DNA of 64,000 nucleotides from a virus (Duplodnaviria > Heunggongvirae > Uroviricota > Caudoviricetes). The notes below the pieces were generated by a model, which ran no database searches, had not been told where the DNA came from, and worked only from the letters and a program-made list of their open reading frames with translations. The stretch lies in the IMG/VR virus record IMGVR_UViG_2814123389_000006, positions 1-64,000 of that record. One strand, given 5' to 3'. Made by a program: the position numbers and the translations under genes. Shown one piece after another: positions 27,322-36,187 of the stretch; positions within the stretch are counted from its first letter, which is position 1; each line of letters starts with the position of its first letter.

Positions 27322-28380
27322 GTGATCACCGTGGGTAGACGGCCGATCGAGCGGCATTCAACGCAGGTCGAGAAGGGCAAGCCGCAACCCCCGCCACGCG
27401 GCGGGGGCGTGCGGTCGACGATCCCGGAACGCGACCGGGCGCCGCGGCCGACAGCGAGGCCTCTGACGCCGGTGGAGTTAGCGCTCCGCCGGTATCAGGA
27501 GGACGGCGAAGTCGAGACGAACATGCGGGAGGTCGTTGAGCACATGTTCGCCGGTAGGGACATCAACGTGTCGATCACCGCGTCGAACGGCAGCGTGGCC
27601 GCGCTGTCGGTCGGCGAGGTGAGGATCGGCGCGCACCACAGCGAGAAGCCGACTTACGAGATCAGCGTGCCCCGACTTCGCCTGGGGCCACCGTGTGGCT
27701 GCGGTCGGGAGCTCTGGACGGACGACCCCGACCTGTGGAATGGGAAGCGTCGGGACTGGTATCACGCTGATGACCACACACCGGCATGCGCGTCGGCCTT
27801 CGCCCCCGCTCCGGTCGCAGGCATCGGGCGCCCCCCACCTCGACCCGTGGAATGGGAAGCGTCGCGACAGCCATCACGCCCAGCGCGGCAGCGGATCGCC
27901 CGGGCCATGGAGTTGCCGGCGGGCGCGCTCGCCCCGCGGGTGGGGGCTGCAGGCCTGACCATCGTCCACGCGGCTCTCGTCGCCCTCGCGGCCTACGGAC
28001 TGCTGTCCGACAACTGGACGTGGCTCACGCTGGTGTCCCTGCTGCTGAACGGATTGGCGGTGTGGTTCAGGGTGTGGCAGCTCCGTCGCGTCGCAGCCCG
28101 GCGGCAGCCCGACGGAGCTGTCGACGCCTCGGTGGCCGATGAGGTACAGGCCGAGGACATGCCGCCGCTCAAGCGCGCGAAGTCGATACCGGTGCGGGAC
28201 TTCACCGCGGTGTCCGAGTGTCCGAACTGCGGACTCACCACGCTGCACGAGCTGCGGGCCCCGTCCCCCACCACGGTGATCACCACCGAGGGCGGTCGGA
28301 CCGTCACGAAGGAAGATCCCGCCGGGGCCGACGTCATCCGACTGTGCGGGAAATGCGGCCAGGAATGGGGCGAGAAGTGA
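27322..28380 (+). CDS. Membrane protein with C-terminal zinc ribbon; contains out-of-frame internal direct repeat
   Basis: Two TM helices (LTIVHAALVALAAYGLL...LVSLLLNGLAVWF). CPNCG...CGKCG. 28-bp direct repeats at 27729-27756 and 27842-27869. Confidence 0.5.
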   Translation: MITVGRRPIERHSTQVEKGKPQPPPRGGGVRSTIPERDRAPRPTARPLTPVELALRRYQEDGEVETNMREVVEHMFAGRDINVSITASNGSVAALSVGEVRIGAHHSEKPTYEISVPRLRLGPPCGCGRELWTDDPDLWNGKRRDWYHADDHTPACASAFAPAPVAGIGRPPPRPVEWEASRQPSRPARQRIARAMELPAGALAPRVGAAGLTIVHAALVALAAYGLLSDNWTWLTLVSLLLNGLAVWFRVWQLRRVAARRQPDGAVDASVADEVQAEDMPPLKRAKSIPVRDFTAVSECPNCGLTTLHELRAPSPTTVITTEGGRTVTKEDPAGADVIRLCGKCGQEWGEK

Positions 28381-28461
28381 CCAGCAAATCCATCCGGGGC
28401 CCTGTGTACGTGTTGAGGGAGTGCGAAGGGTTCGGAGTGATCCGAGGGCAGGAGGTCGACG

Positions 28462-29538
28462 GTGTTCGAGCGCTCGACCTCTGACGCCCGCCCCATCGGC
28501 TCTGACGACGAGAACGATTACCACCGTTGCTATTCCGACGGCGGGTGCGTCAACGCGGACGTCTCCGAACATGACCCGGATACCCGTCGGCCGATCCGCC
28601 GAGGCGCACTGGTAGCCGACGGCCCGCTGTGCCCGGGATGCCTTCTGCGACTGTCAAAGGCAGTCAAGGCGATGTCAGGGGACTACGAACGTCTCGCCGC
28701 CGCCATCGGGGAAAGCGTGGCCGGCGGCGGCGACAAGGTCCACCTCACCCGCGAGGCCGCGATCCCGATCAACACCGCAACCGAAGCACTCATGTCGAGG
28801 ATCGTCGAAACCACCACGCGCGCCGCGGAGATGGTTTCCGACGCGATGAACATGGAGCCGCGGACATGGCCAGCCAATCCAAGCGCAGCGTTGCGTCTCG
28901 CCGTGCGAATTCTGGAACCGACCCTGCCGGTTCTGATCGCCGTGGAACCGCAGGCAGCGATGGTGTGGAGCCGGACCCCGAACGGCGATGAGGGGTGGGA
29001 ACACAACGGCCAACCGACCGAACTGATCGAGCAGTCCGGGCTAGACATGGCACTCGAGCTGTTGGAGATCGGCCGGCTCGTGGGTGTCCAGCTCGGCAAG
29101 TCGCATCTGCGACACGAACTCCCAGGGCCGTGCAGCGCCTGGGACGAAAGGGCGAAGCGATTTTGCGGCGCCTACACCGTGGGCCGCGACAACGGGTCCG
29201 ACTTTGTTGACTGCACGACGTGCGGGACGCGTTGGCCGAGCGAGCACTTCCCGATTCTGGTGCGCCTGCAACTGAACGAGATTCAAGAACGGGAGGAGTA
29301 CGAATTGCTGCGTTATCTGCTCGCCGAGGCGTACGCCCGGCTCGACGAACTGCAGGCTATGGCGGCCCGCCTCGACGGCGACGGCGCCCTGGATCTGCCC
29401 GGCGCTGGGGCGCTGCTTCTCGGCCGCGTGCAGGAGGTCCTGGACGGTCATCTGCCGCCGGCGGAGCGCAACGTCGGCACGGAATCGAAGAAGCAGAAGG
29501 CCATCCCGGCCGCCAAGCGGAAGGCGATTGAAGCATGA
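28462..29538 (+). CDS. Hypothetical protein
   Basis: Track ORF. CPGC and CTTCG motifs. Coiled-coil C-terminus. Confidence 0.45.
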   Translation: MFERSTSDARPIGSDDENDYHRCYSDGGCVNADVSEHDPDTRRPIRRGALVADGPLCPGCLLRLSKAVKAMSGDYERLAAAIGESVAGGGDKVHLTREAAIPINTATEALMSRIVETTTRAAEMVSDAMNMEPRTWPANPSAALRLAVRILEPTLPVLIAVEPQAAMVWSRTPNGDEGWEHNGQPTELIEQSGLDMALELLEIGRLVGVQLGKSHLRHELPGPCSAWDERAKRFCGAYTVGRDNGSDFVDCTTCGTRWPSEHFPILVRLQLNEIQEREEYELLRYLLAEAYARLDELQAMAARLDGDGALDLPGAGALLLGRVQEVLDGHLPPAERNVGTESKKQKAIPAAKRKAIEA

Positions 29539-29972
29539 AAACAGCACGCGGAATGGTTCGCGAGATCACGGTGTCCGCCGACCGCCAGCACGGCAAGTCG
29601 GACATGTTGCTGATGGCGACCGCCCGGGACGCTCGTCGGGGCAAGAAGGTGATCTACGAGTGCCGCGGATGGGGGCTCGCGAGCCACGCACAGAGAAGCC
29701 TGCTCGAAACGCTGCTGCCGGAGGAAGTGCTCAAATCCACCTTCAGCAACGGCAACCTACGGGTCACGCTGCGCGACCTGGGACTTGGTCCTGACTGGCC
29801 AGGGGGTGGGCTGGTGGTGTTCTCGTCCAACGGGACAGGCAGCCCATACTACGGCCGCCCCGACACCTACATCCTCGACGACACCGACCGCCCCACGCTG
29901 GAAGTGCTCTCCCGATTCCCAACGGTGACAACGATTTATCGGTCCCATTGCACCGGCGAGGATGGCTGGTGA
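29535..29972 (+). CDS. Hypothetical protein
   Basis: ATGA-coupled. Confidence 0.4.
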   Translation: MKTARGMVREITVSADRQHGKSDMLLMATARDARRGKKVIYECRGWGLASHAQRSLLETLLPEEVLKSTFSNGNLRVTLRDLGLGPDWPGGGLVVFSSNGTGSPYYGRPDTYILDDTDRPTLEVLSRFPTVTTIYRSHCTGEDGW

Positions 29973-30184
29973 GCAGCCGTCCCTTCGCGGCCAAGTTTCG
30001 CGGCCGCTGCGCAGCTGAATGCGACACCCCTCGTATCGAGCCGGGGGACCGGTGCGTGATGACCGACGGCGGCGAACTGGTCCACCTCGATTGCGACGAT
30101 GACGCTGGGACCTCGACCACGATTCGGCGGGAGCCACCGAAGTGCCCGGCCTGCAACACGTATCACGCGGGAGAGTGCATATGA
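29969..30184 (+). CDS. Small Cys-rich protein
   Basis: GTGA-coupled. CAAEC...C...C..C. Confidence 0.35.
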   Translation: MSSRPFAAKFRGRCAAECDTPRIEPGDRCVMTDGGELVHLDCDDDAGTSTTIRREPPKCPACNTYHAGECI

Positions 30185-30774
30185 AGCAGTCGGACCTGAC
30201 CAGCGTCGGCCGATGCGCATTCTGCGGCGGCCACGCCATCGACGGCTTCGGCGCCTACAAGCTCGCCGACGGCCGCGCGTTCTGCGGTGCCGCTGCGTGC
30301 GCCCCCGCACCCCGGCCCGATGGCGCGTGGCGCATGGGCGACAGGTTCATCCCAGAGGATGCCCGGTACTCCGGCGGGTGGACCTGGTGGTGGTGGCGCT
30401 ACACCCTGACATCACGCGACGTGTTGATGATGCAGACCGACGATCCAGACACGTCGACGGCGGTTTTTGTCTGGCTCGAGCTGGGTGATGGACCGACGAT
30501 CCCATTGCGCGCCGACGTCCTGGGCCGCATCTACGTCGTCCACGACACCAGCAACGCGCCCACGTGGGCTCGGGAGCTGACGCGGGTGTGGCTGCCAGAT
30601 ACGCACGTCGACGTCCTGGCACCTGAAGCGCCGGCCGAAGGGTGGCGGCAACAACTACGGGAGGACCCGATCGGCAGGGTCTGGTGGCATCACGAAACTG
30701 AGGGCCACGATCGGCACTTCCGCAGCATGCGGCCGCAGAGTCTCGTGCAGACCAGGGTGGGCGGTCCAGAGTGA
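30181..30774 (+). CDS. Hypothetical protein
   Basis: ATGA-coupled. CAFCGG...C..AAC. Confidence 0.4.
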   Translation: MKQSDLTSVGRCAFCGGHAIDGFGAYKLADGRAFCGAAACAPAPRPDGAWRMGDRFIPEDARYSGGWTWWWWRYTLTSRDVLMMQTDDPDTSTAVFVWLELGDGPTIPLRADVLGRIYVVHDTSNAPTWARELTRVWLPDTHVDVLAPEAPAEGWRQQLREDPIGRVWWHHETEGHDRHFRSMRPQSLVQTRVGGPE

Positions 30775-31082
30775 TTCCGCCGCCCACGCCCCCACCTCCG
30801 CTAGAGCTGGAGGACGTCGACTCGATCCCCGACCAAGCGCACGACTGGGGCCGGGAATGGGAGAGCGACTACCACAGCGGCCGTGTCTGCAATGTGTGCG
30901 GCGAAAACTCGGAATGCCTGTCGTGCTACCCGAATTCAAAAGCGCTCGAGGAGATGGATTGCCTTCGCGCTCAGGCCGAGGACCGCAACTTCATCCGCGA
31001 GCGCGAGCACCGAGCCGCGACCGCGCGCTACGAGGCGCAGATGGACTACTACCGCGAAATCACGAAAGGCGCTGACAGTTGA
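30771..31082 (+). CDS. Hypothetical Cys-containing protein
   Basis: GTGA-coupled. CNVCGENSECLSC. Confidence 0.4.
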   Translation: MIPPPTPPPPLELEDVDSIPDQAHDWGREWESDYHSGRVCNVCGENSECLSCYPNSKALEEMDCLRAQAEDRNFIREREHRAATARYEAQMDYYREITKGADS

Positions 31083-31090
31083 GCATTTTC

Positions 31091-31945
31091 ATGAAGGCAT
31101 TGGGCTCGGCCGGACTTGTGCCCACCTCCAGCGGCGAGGGCTTCGCGCAACCAGGGTCCTTCACGTTTCCCGGCGGCGAGCACCACTTGCGGAACATTCC
31201 CGACTTCGACGAGCCGGTGACCTGGATCGCCGACGTGAGAGGCGCCGACCCCAACGATCTGGTCAAGGCAGCGCTGTTGGCCGACGTGGCACACCAGCGC
31301 AACGACCGATTCGTTCTGTGGCTGCCATACGCGCCCGCTGCCCGCGCCGACCGCGGCCAGCCCCTCGGAGTGAAGGTGTACGCCGATCTGATCAACACGA
31401 TGCAGGCCGAACGTGTCGTGATCATCGATCCGCACAGTCCGACCGTCGTCGAGCACCTGAACCATGTTGTCGTCGCCGACGTGCTCGGGCTTATCGACCG
31501 CGTCATGGGTTCAGGGCTGGTACGTCGCCACTTCGACGGTGTGATCGCACCCGACAAGGGCGCCACCGAACGGGCCGCAGTGGTCGCGAAGCACCTTGAT
31601 ATCGACCTGTATCAAGCCGAGAAGGACCGCGACTTCGAGACCGGGCGAATCCTCGGCATCCGCATGCTCGACCGGCTCCCCGAGTCCGGCGGCTACCTCG
31701 TGGTCGACGACATCTGTGACGGCGGAGGAACTTTCAAACTGCTAGCCCAGGCGACCGGTTTACCGCGCGAACAGCTCGCCCTGTGGGTCACGCACGGCAT
31801 CTTCTCGGGCATCGCCTGCCACCTCCGCGATGACTACCACCAGATTTTCACCACCGACTCCCATCCCGGGCACAACCGGGTGGACGTCGCAACCACCATC
31901 GTCCCCACCTTCACCAGCCTGTTCACCGCAACCACCAGGAGCTGA
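31091..31945 (+). CDS. Ribose-phosphate pyrophosphokinase-like enzyme (Prs-like; candidate ADPR-PP synthetase Adps of NARP1)
   Basis: PRPP-binding loop YLVVDDICDGGGT. Two-domain Prs-like layout. Immediately upstream of a NAMPT-family gene. Confidence 0.7.
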   Translation: MKALGSAGLVPTSSGEGFAQPGSFTFPGGEHHLRNIPDFDEPVTWIADVRGADPNDLVKAALLADVAHQRNDRFVLWLPYAPAARADRGQPLGVKVYADLINTMQAERVVIIDPHSPTVVEHLNHVVVADVLGLIDRVMGSGLVRRHFDGVIAPDKGATERAAVVAKHLDIDLYQAEKDRDFETGRILGIRMLDRLPESGGYLVVDDICDGGGTFKLLAQATGLPREQLALWVTHGIFSGIACHLRDDYHQIFTTDSHPGHNRVDVATTIVPTFTSLFTATTRS

Positions 31946-31949
31946 TCCG

Positions 31950-33437
31950 ATGACCGATTTCACGCCCGTCGCTGCGCTGTTCCAGACCGATGCCTACAAG
32001 CTCGACCACCGCCGCCAGTACGGGCTGAGCGGCAACGTCACCCGGGTCTACTCGAACTTCACCAACCGCAAGTCCCGGCTGCCCGGCGTTGACCACGTCG
32101 TCCACTTCGGACTGCAGGCGTATATCCAGAAGCACCTCGTTGAGGCCTTCAAGCCGTTCTTCGCGGCCGACGAATCTGTGGTCACTGAGCTGTACTTCCA
32201 GCGCGTGAAGTCCATTCTGGGACCCGATGCGGCGCGCGCGATCGGCGTCAAACACATTCGTGACCTCCACCAATTGGGCTACCTGCCGTTGCGGTTCTGT
32301 GCTGTCCCCGAGGGCACGCTGGTACCCATCCGAGCACCGAGCTTCACCGTGGAGAACACCGCCCCAGAGTTCTTCTGGCTGACCAACTACATCGAGACCG
32401 GCTTGTCGGCCGGCTACTGGCAGGCCAGCACATCGGCCACCATCGCCCACGAATATCGCAAGGCGCTCGAGGCGGCGGCTGAACGGACCGGAGCCCCCAT
32501 CGAGGCAGTCGATTGGCAGTGCCACGACTTCAGCTATCGGGGCATGTCGAGTCACGAAACCGCGGCGGCGTCGGGCGCAGCCCATCTGCTGTCGTTCACG
32601 GGCACCGACTCGTTGGTGGCGCTGGACTGGATCGACCGCTACTACGGCGGGGAGTACGTTGCGGGATCTGTTGCGGCGACGGAGCACTCGGTGATGTGCA
32701 CCGGCATCGCGACCGCCGGGGAGTTGGAGACGTTCGAGCGGCTGCTCGACCTGTACCCGTCCGGCATCGTGTCGGTCGTCTCGGACACTTTCGACCTGTG
32801 GCGCGTCCTCACCGAGTACCTGCCGAAGCTGAACGACAAGATCATGTCGCGGGACGGCAAGTTGGTGATCCGGCCAGACTCCGGCGACCCGCTCAAGATC
32901 CTGTGCGGCGACCCGCAGGCGACCGCGGGAAGCCCCGCGCACCGCGGCGTGGTGGGGTTGCTGCTCGATCAGTTCGGCGGCGCCGAGAACGAAGCAGGGT
33001 TCATGGAGTTGGACCCGTGCGTGGGCGTGATCTATGGCGATTCCATCACCATCGAGCGCGCGAACTCCATCACGGCGAAGTTAGCGCTGATGGGATTCGC
33101 CTCCACCTCGGTGGTGTTCGGCGTCGGCAGCTACACCTACCAGCACAACACCAGGGACACCTTCGGCAGCGCCATGAAAGCCACCTGGGCCGAGGTCGAC
33201 GGCAAGGGCGTGGACCTGTTCAAGAACCCCGTCACCGATGACGGCACGAAGCGCAGCGCCACCGGCCGCCTCGCTGTCCTGCCAACTGGCCCAGATGGTG
33301 CCCTGGAGCTGCACGAGCGGGCTGGCGGCTACCAGCAGCAGCACTCGGTACTCCAGCCCGTTTGGGAGGACGGCAAGTTCATCGAGCGGCAGACATTCGC
33401 CAATGTCCGCGAGGTGCTCGCCGCACAGGCCCGGTAG
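31950..33437 (+). CDS. Nicotinamide phosphoribosyltransferase-family enzyme (NAMPT/NadV-like; candidate Namat of NARP1)
   Basis: N-terminal FQTDAYKLDHRRQY (the DSYK motif of NAMPT). About 495 aa. ATG 31950, in frame with track ORF 31830..33437. Confidence 0.75.
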   Translation: MTDFTPVAALFQTDAYKLDHRRQYGLSGNVTRVYSNFTNRKSRLPGVDHVVHFGLQAYIQKHLVEAFKPFFAADESVVTELYFQRVKSILGPDAARAIGVKHIRDLHQLGYLPLRFCAVPEGTLVPIRAPSFTVENTAPEFFWLTNYIETGLSAGYWQASTSATIAHEYRKALEAAAERTGAPIEAVDWQCHDFSYRGMSSHETAAASGAAHLLSFTGTDSLVALDWIDRYYGGEYVAGSVAATEHSVMCTGIATAGELETFERLLDLYPSGIVSVVSDTFDLWRVLTEYLPKLNDKIMSRDGKLVIRPDSGDPLKILCGDPQATAGSPAHRGVVGLLLDQFGGAENEAGFMELDPCVGVIYGDSITIERANSITAKLALMGFASTSVVFGVGSYTYQHNTRDTFGSAMKATWAEVDGKGVDLFKNPVTDDGTKRSATGRLAVLPTGPDGALELHERAGGYQQQHSVLQPVWEDGKFIERQTFANVREVLAAQAR

Positions 33438-33474
33438 TGCCACCCGTGATTGCGCCTCACTCCGGCGGCGTCCA

Positions 33475-33867
33475 GTGACCGACCAGGATTGGCCGCCGCC
33501 GGGGTGGACACAGCAGGACTGCGATCGCCTGGTGGCCATCACCTACCGGCAGCTCTGCGAGCAGATCGCGGCCGGCGAGGTAGCGGACCCCGCGACCGCA
33601 TTGGCTGACATGGACCGGCTTTGGTCAGGCCGCTCGGTGCAGTGGATGCTGCCAACTCTGCAGATGCCGGGCGAGGACGACTGGCTGACCGACGAGGAAG
33701 TGGCCCGCTGGGTGGGCTGCCGGGCTGTCACGGTCCGCAACTGGGCGAGCCGGGCCCGCCGTGGTGGCGACGGTGTCATCCCAATCAACGGTCGCTACCG
33801 GTGGGGCGATGTCCAGGAGTACCGGCAGCGCCAGAACCAACGGCGGCAGGGACAGTCGGATGGATGA
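33475..33867 (+). CDS. Excisionase/AlpA-type HTH DNA-binding protein
   Basis: HTH LTDEEVARWVGCRAVTVRNWASR. GTG 33475, in frame with track ORF 33238..33867. Confidence 0.45.
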   Translation: MTDQDWPPPGWTQQDCDRLVAITYRQLCEQIAAGEVADPATALADMDRLWSGRSVQWMLPTLQMPGEDDWLTDEEVARWVGCRAVTVRNWASRARRGGDGVIPINGRYRWGDVQEYRQRQNQRRQGQSDG

Positions 33868-33887
33868 GGCGCAAATCTACACAAATG

Positions 33888-33916
33888 TTGAACACAATTG
33901 TGTGGATTTGTATGAT
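33888..33916 (+). promoter_or_regulatory. Sigma-70/SigA-like promoter TTGAAC-17-TATGAT with embedded 12-bp palindrome ACACAATTGTGT
   Basis: -35 at 33888-33893, -10 at 33911-33916, palindrome at 33892-33903. -10 ends 7 nt before ATG 33924, implying a leaderless transcript. Confidence 0.45.
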
Positions 33917-33923
33917 CGGCGCT

Positions 33924-34562
33924 ATGAAGCACTTCTTGAGCAGCACCCAGGTCGCAGAACGCCTTGGCATGACCCGTGATGCGTTGAATACCAAGATCCG
34001 TGCCGATGCCTTCATTCCGCCTGATGTAGTGGTTGGGGACCGATATCAGGGCTGGTCGGTTGAGTCCATTGAAAAATGGGCCGAGTCTGGCGGTGGGGAT
34101 CGAATCCGGGTCGACAGCGACAAACTGTTCGATGTGGTTACCAGTATTCGGCGGGCGGCCGAGAGGGTTCGCGCATTTGGCCGTAGCCCGGAAGGTGGCA
34201 ACGGCACGGCGATTGCGGTTCCGTCCGACCTTCACATGCTTGCGGGACGGTTGGAGGCGGAGGCCCGCAGCTGGCTGGAGGTACGGGACTACTCCGGCAA
34301 GCGTTTCAGACAGCTCGTCGATGTCGCGACGGGTGTCACTGAGATCAGGGTTGAGTTTGAGCAGGTTCCGACGCTCGTTGGCTCGCCCGCGTTACCGCCG
34401 GATGTCCGAAGGCTTGAGCTTCACGCCGCAGCGGACGAGATGGCATTGGCGGCGGAGGAAATTCGCCGCGCTTTGGTGGCGAAGTCTTCACGCCACTACC
34501 AAGAGTCGCTGCTGAAAAAGGCGGCGCAGATCCATGAGTTCGCTGATGCGCTAATGACATAG
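33924..34562 (+). CDS. HTH (excisionase/MerR-like) regulator, probably leaderless
   Basis: N-terminal HTH LSSTQVAERLGMTRDALNTKIRADAFIPPD...GWSVESIEKWAE. ATG 33924 (alternative 33912). Confidence 0.5.
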   Translation: MKHFLSSTQVAERLGMTRDALNTKIRADAFIPPDVVVGDRYQGWSVESIEKWAESGGGDRIRVDSDKLFDVVTSIRRAAERVRAFGRSPEGGNGTAIAVPSDLHMLAGRLEAEARSWLEVRDYSGKRFRQLVDVATGVTEIRVEFEQVPTLVGSPALPPDVRRLELHAAADEMALAAEEIRRALVAKSSRHYQESLLKKAAQIHEFADALMT

Positions 34563-34640
34563 TCGGGCAATGGTATTCGACGAGTGGAACACAAACGCCT
34601 GGGCTGCGGTGCCCGCACTGACCTGAAAGGCCCCTGACGC

Positions 34641-34925
34641 ATGACGACCCATACGCATGACAATCGACTCGGCATGGTGCGCAACAGGCTGAAGCTTCGC
34701 GGCTACACCGTGTCGGAGATCGGGGAGGGCAAGTTCGGCGGCCGCGTGTTCACGATCGAGCAGGGCCCAGATGGACGCCCGGTCGCGGTTGACGTCACCG
34801 ACCTGGCGACGCCCAACGGTCAGCCGTCCGACATCAGGTGGGGCGCCTCTGGGTTCGACGATCTGGCTCTGACGCCGGACCAGTTGGTTGGCCGCATTGT
34901 CGAGTCGCTTGAGGCGCTGCCGTGA
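34641..34925 (+). CDS. Hypothetical protein
   Basis: Track ORF. Confidence 0.4.
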   Translation: MTTHTHDNRLGMVRNRLKLRGYTVSEIGEGKFGGRVFTIEQGPDGRPVAVDVTDLATPNGQPSDIRWGASGFDDLALTPDQLVGRIVESLEALP

Positions 34926-35215
34926 GTTCCCTGTCGAGCCGTCAGCGGCGCTGTTTGCAGGCGCTGGCCGTGCAGGGGGAGTGGCCGGCCGCGCGCGGGG
35001 ACCACGGGTGGCGCGGGGTTGCGGGGCAGGCGCCGTGGGCGGCGGATTCCCGGCGGCTGCTGGCGTCGCTGGCCCGGCTCGGCCTGGTGGTGGACGAGTC
35101 GACCACGACGGTGGGCCGGTTGCCGTCGACTGGCCTTGGGTTGAGTCTTCGGGCGCGGCGGTACGTGATCACCGAGCGCGGGAAGGTGATAGCGGATACG
35201 CTATCGAAACGTTGA
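34922..35215 (+). CDS. Hypothetical protein
   Basis: GTGA-coupled. Confidence 0.35.
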   Translation: MSSLSSRQRRCLQALAVQGEWPAARGDHGWRGVAGQAPWAADSRRLLASLARLGLVVDESTTTVGRLPSTGLGLSLRARRYVITERGKVIADTLSKR

Positions 35216-35240
35216 GAAGTGCTAGCACCCACGCTATTAT
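35212..35240 (+). promoter_or_regulatory. Promoter TTGAGA-17-TATTAT upstream of hicA (leaderless)
   Basis: -35 at 35212-35217, -10 at 35235-35240, ATG at 35247 (6 nt downstream). Confidence 0.4.
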
Positions 35241-35246
35241 TTCGGT

Positions 35247-35507
35247 ATGGCGAGCGTGGAAAAGATCGAGGCCCAGATGCGGGAATCGGCGGCCAACGTG
35301 GCGTACAACGACCTCTACAAGGTCTGCGTCCACTACTTCGGCGACGCCCGCCAGAAGGGCTCCAGCCACGCTGTGTTCCGCACCCCGTGGCAGGGCAACC
35401 CGCGCGTCAACATTCAGAATGACCACGGCAAAGCCAAGGCCTACCAGGTCAAACAGGTCTTGGAAGCCATCGCCAAGCAGGCCGAGATGAGAAAGGGGAA
35501 CCACTGA
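35247..35507 (+). CDS. hicA: HicA-family toxin (mRNA interferase)
   Basis: 86 aa. GSSHAVF...H motif region. Immediately upstream of a HicB-like gene with TGATG coupling. Confidence 0.55.
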   Translation: MASVEKIEAQMRESAANVAYNDLYKVCVHYFGDARQKGSSHAVFRTPWQGNPRVNIQNDHGKAKAYQVKQVLEAIAKQAEMRKGNH

Positions 35508-36091
35508 TGTCCAATCACTACACCTACCGGGCCGAGTGGTCGCCCGAGGACAACGAATACGTCGGGCTCGTTGCCGAGTTCCCGAGCTTGTCCTGGCTAG
35601 CCCCGTCCGCGGGCGAGGCTATCGCCGGCGCAGAGCGCCTGGTCGATGACATCTTGGCTGATATGGCCGAGACGGGTGAAACCCCGCCCGAGCCGCTAAC
35701 CGAGCGTCGCTACAGCGGGAACCTGTCGGTGCGTACCAGCCCGGAGCAGCATCGCCAGCTCACCATCGAGGCCGCCGAGCAAGGCGTCTCGGTTAATCAG
35801 TGGATCATCCAGAAGCTCGGCAAGGACTGGTCCGGGGCCCGCGCCGGTGTCGCCTCGGGTGTCGAGGAGGTGCTTGCGAATGTGGTTGGCCAGCGGGTTA
35901 AGCCGAAGTTTCCGTCCTTCGACCTGATGGTCCGGGAGGTCGCAGAGTCGATCATGGATCCCGTGGATATTGGGTCGTTCGCTCCGTCCTTCAAGCAGCC
36001 GGAAGGGGCGGCATTTCTAGTGCTGTACAACGACACTGCTGGCACCCACGTGGTGAGCCTCGGGGAGGTCAAGTCGAAGGCGAAGAAGTAG
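35507..36091 (+). CDS. hicB: HicB-family antitoxin (HicB N-domain plus RHH DNA-binding)
   Basis: N-terminal HicB-like YRAEWSPEDNEYVGLVAEFPSLSWLAPSAGEAIAGAERLV. RHH segment SGNLSVRTSPEQHRQLTIEAAEQGVSVNQWIIQKL. Confidence 0.65.
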   Translation: MSNHYTYRAEWSPEDNEYVGLVAEFPSLSWLAPSAGEAIAGAERLVDDILADMAETGETPPEPLTERRYSGNLSVRTSPEQHRQLTIEAAEQGVSVNQWIIQKLGKDWSGARAGVASGVEEVLANVVGQRVKPKFPSFDLMVREVAESIMDPVDIGSFAPSFKQPEGAAFLVLYNDTAGTHVVSLGEVKSKAKK

Positions 36092-36150
36092 CGCGCAGGC
36101 TTCGCGTGTGACCGATGTCGCACGGATCGTGAAATCTGTTGGACGCCAAG

Positions 36151-36166
36151 CTGTACCCCGGTACAG
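36151..36166. terminator. Perfect inverted repeat CTGTACC-CC-GGTACAG (possible terminator after hicB)
   Basis: 7-bp perfect stem. Confidence 0.25.
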
Positions 36167-36187
36167 TTCAACATGTTCGGGTGATGT

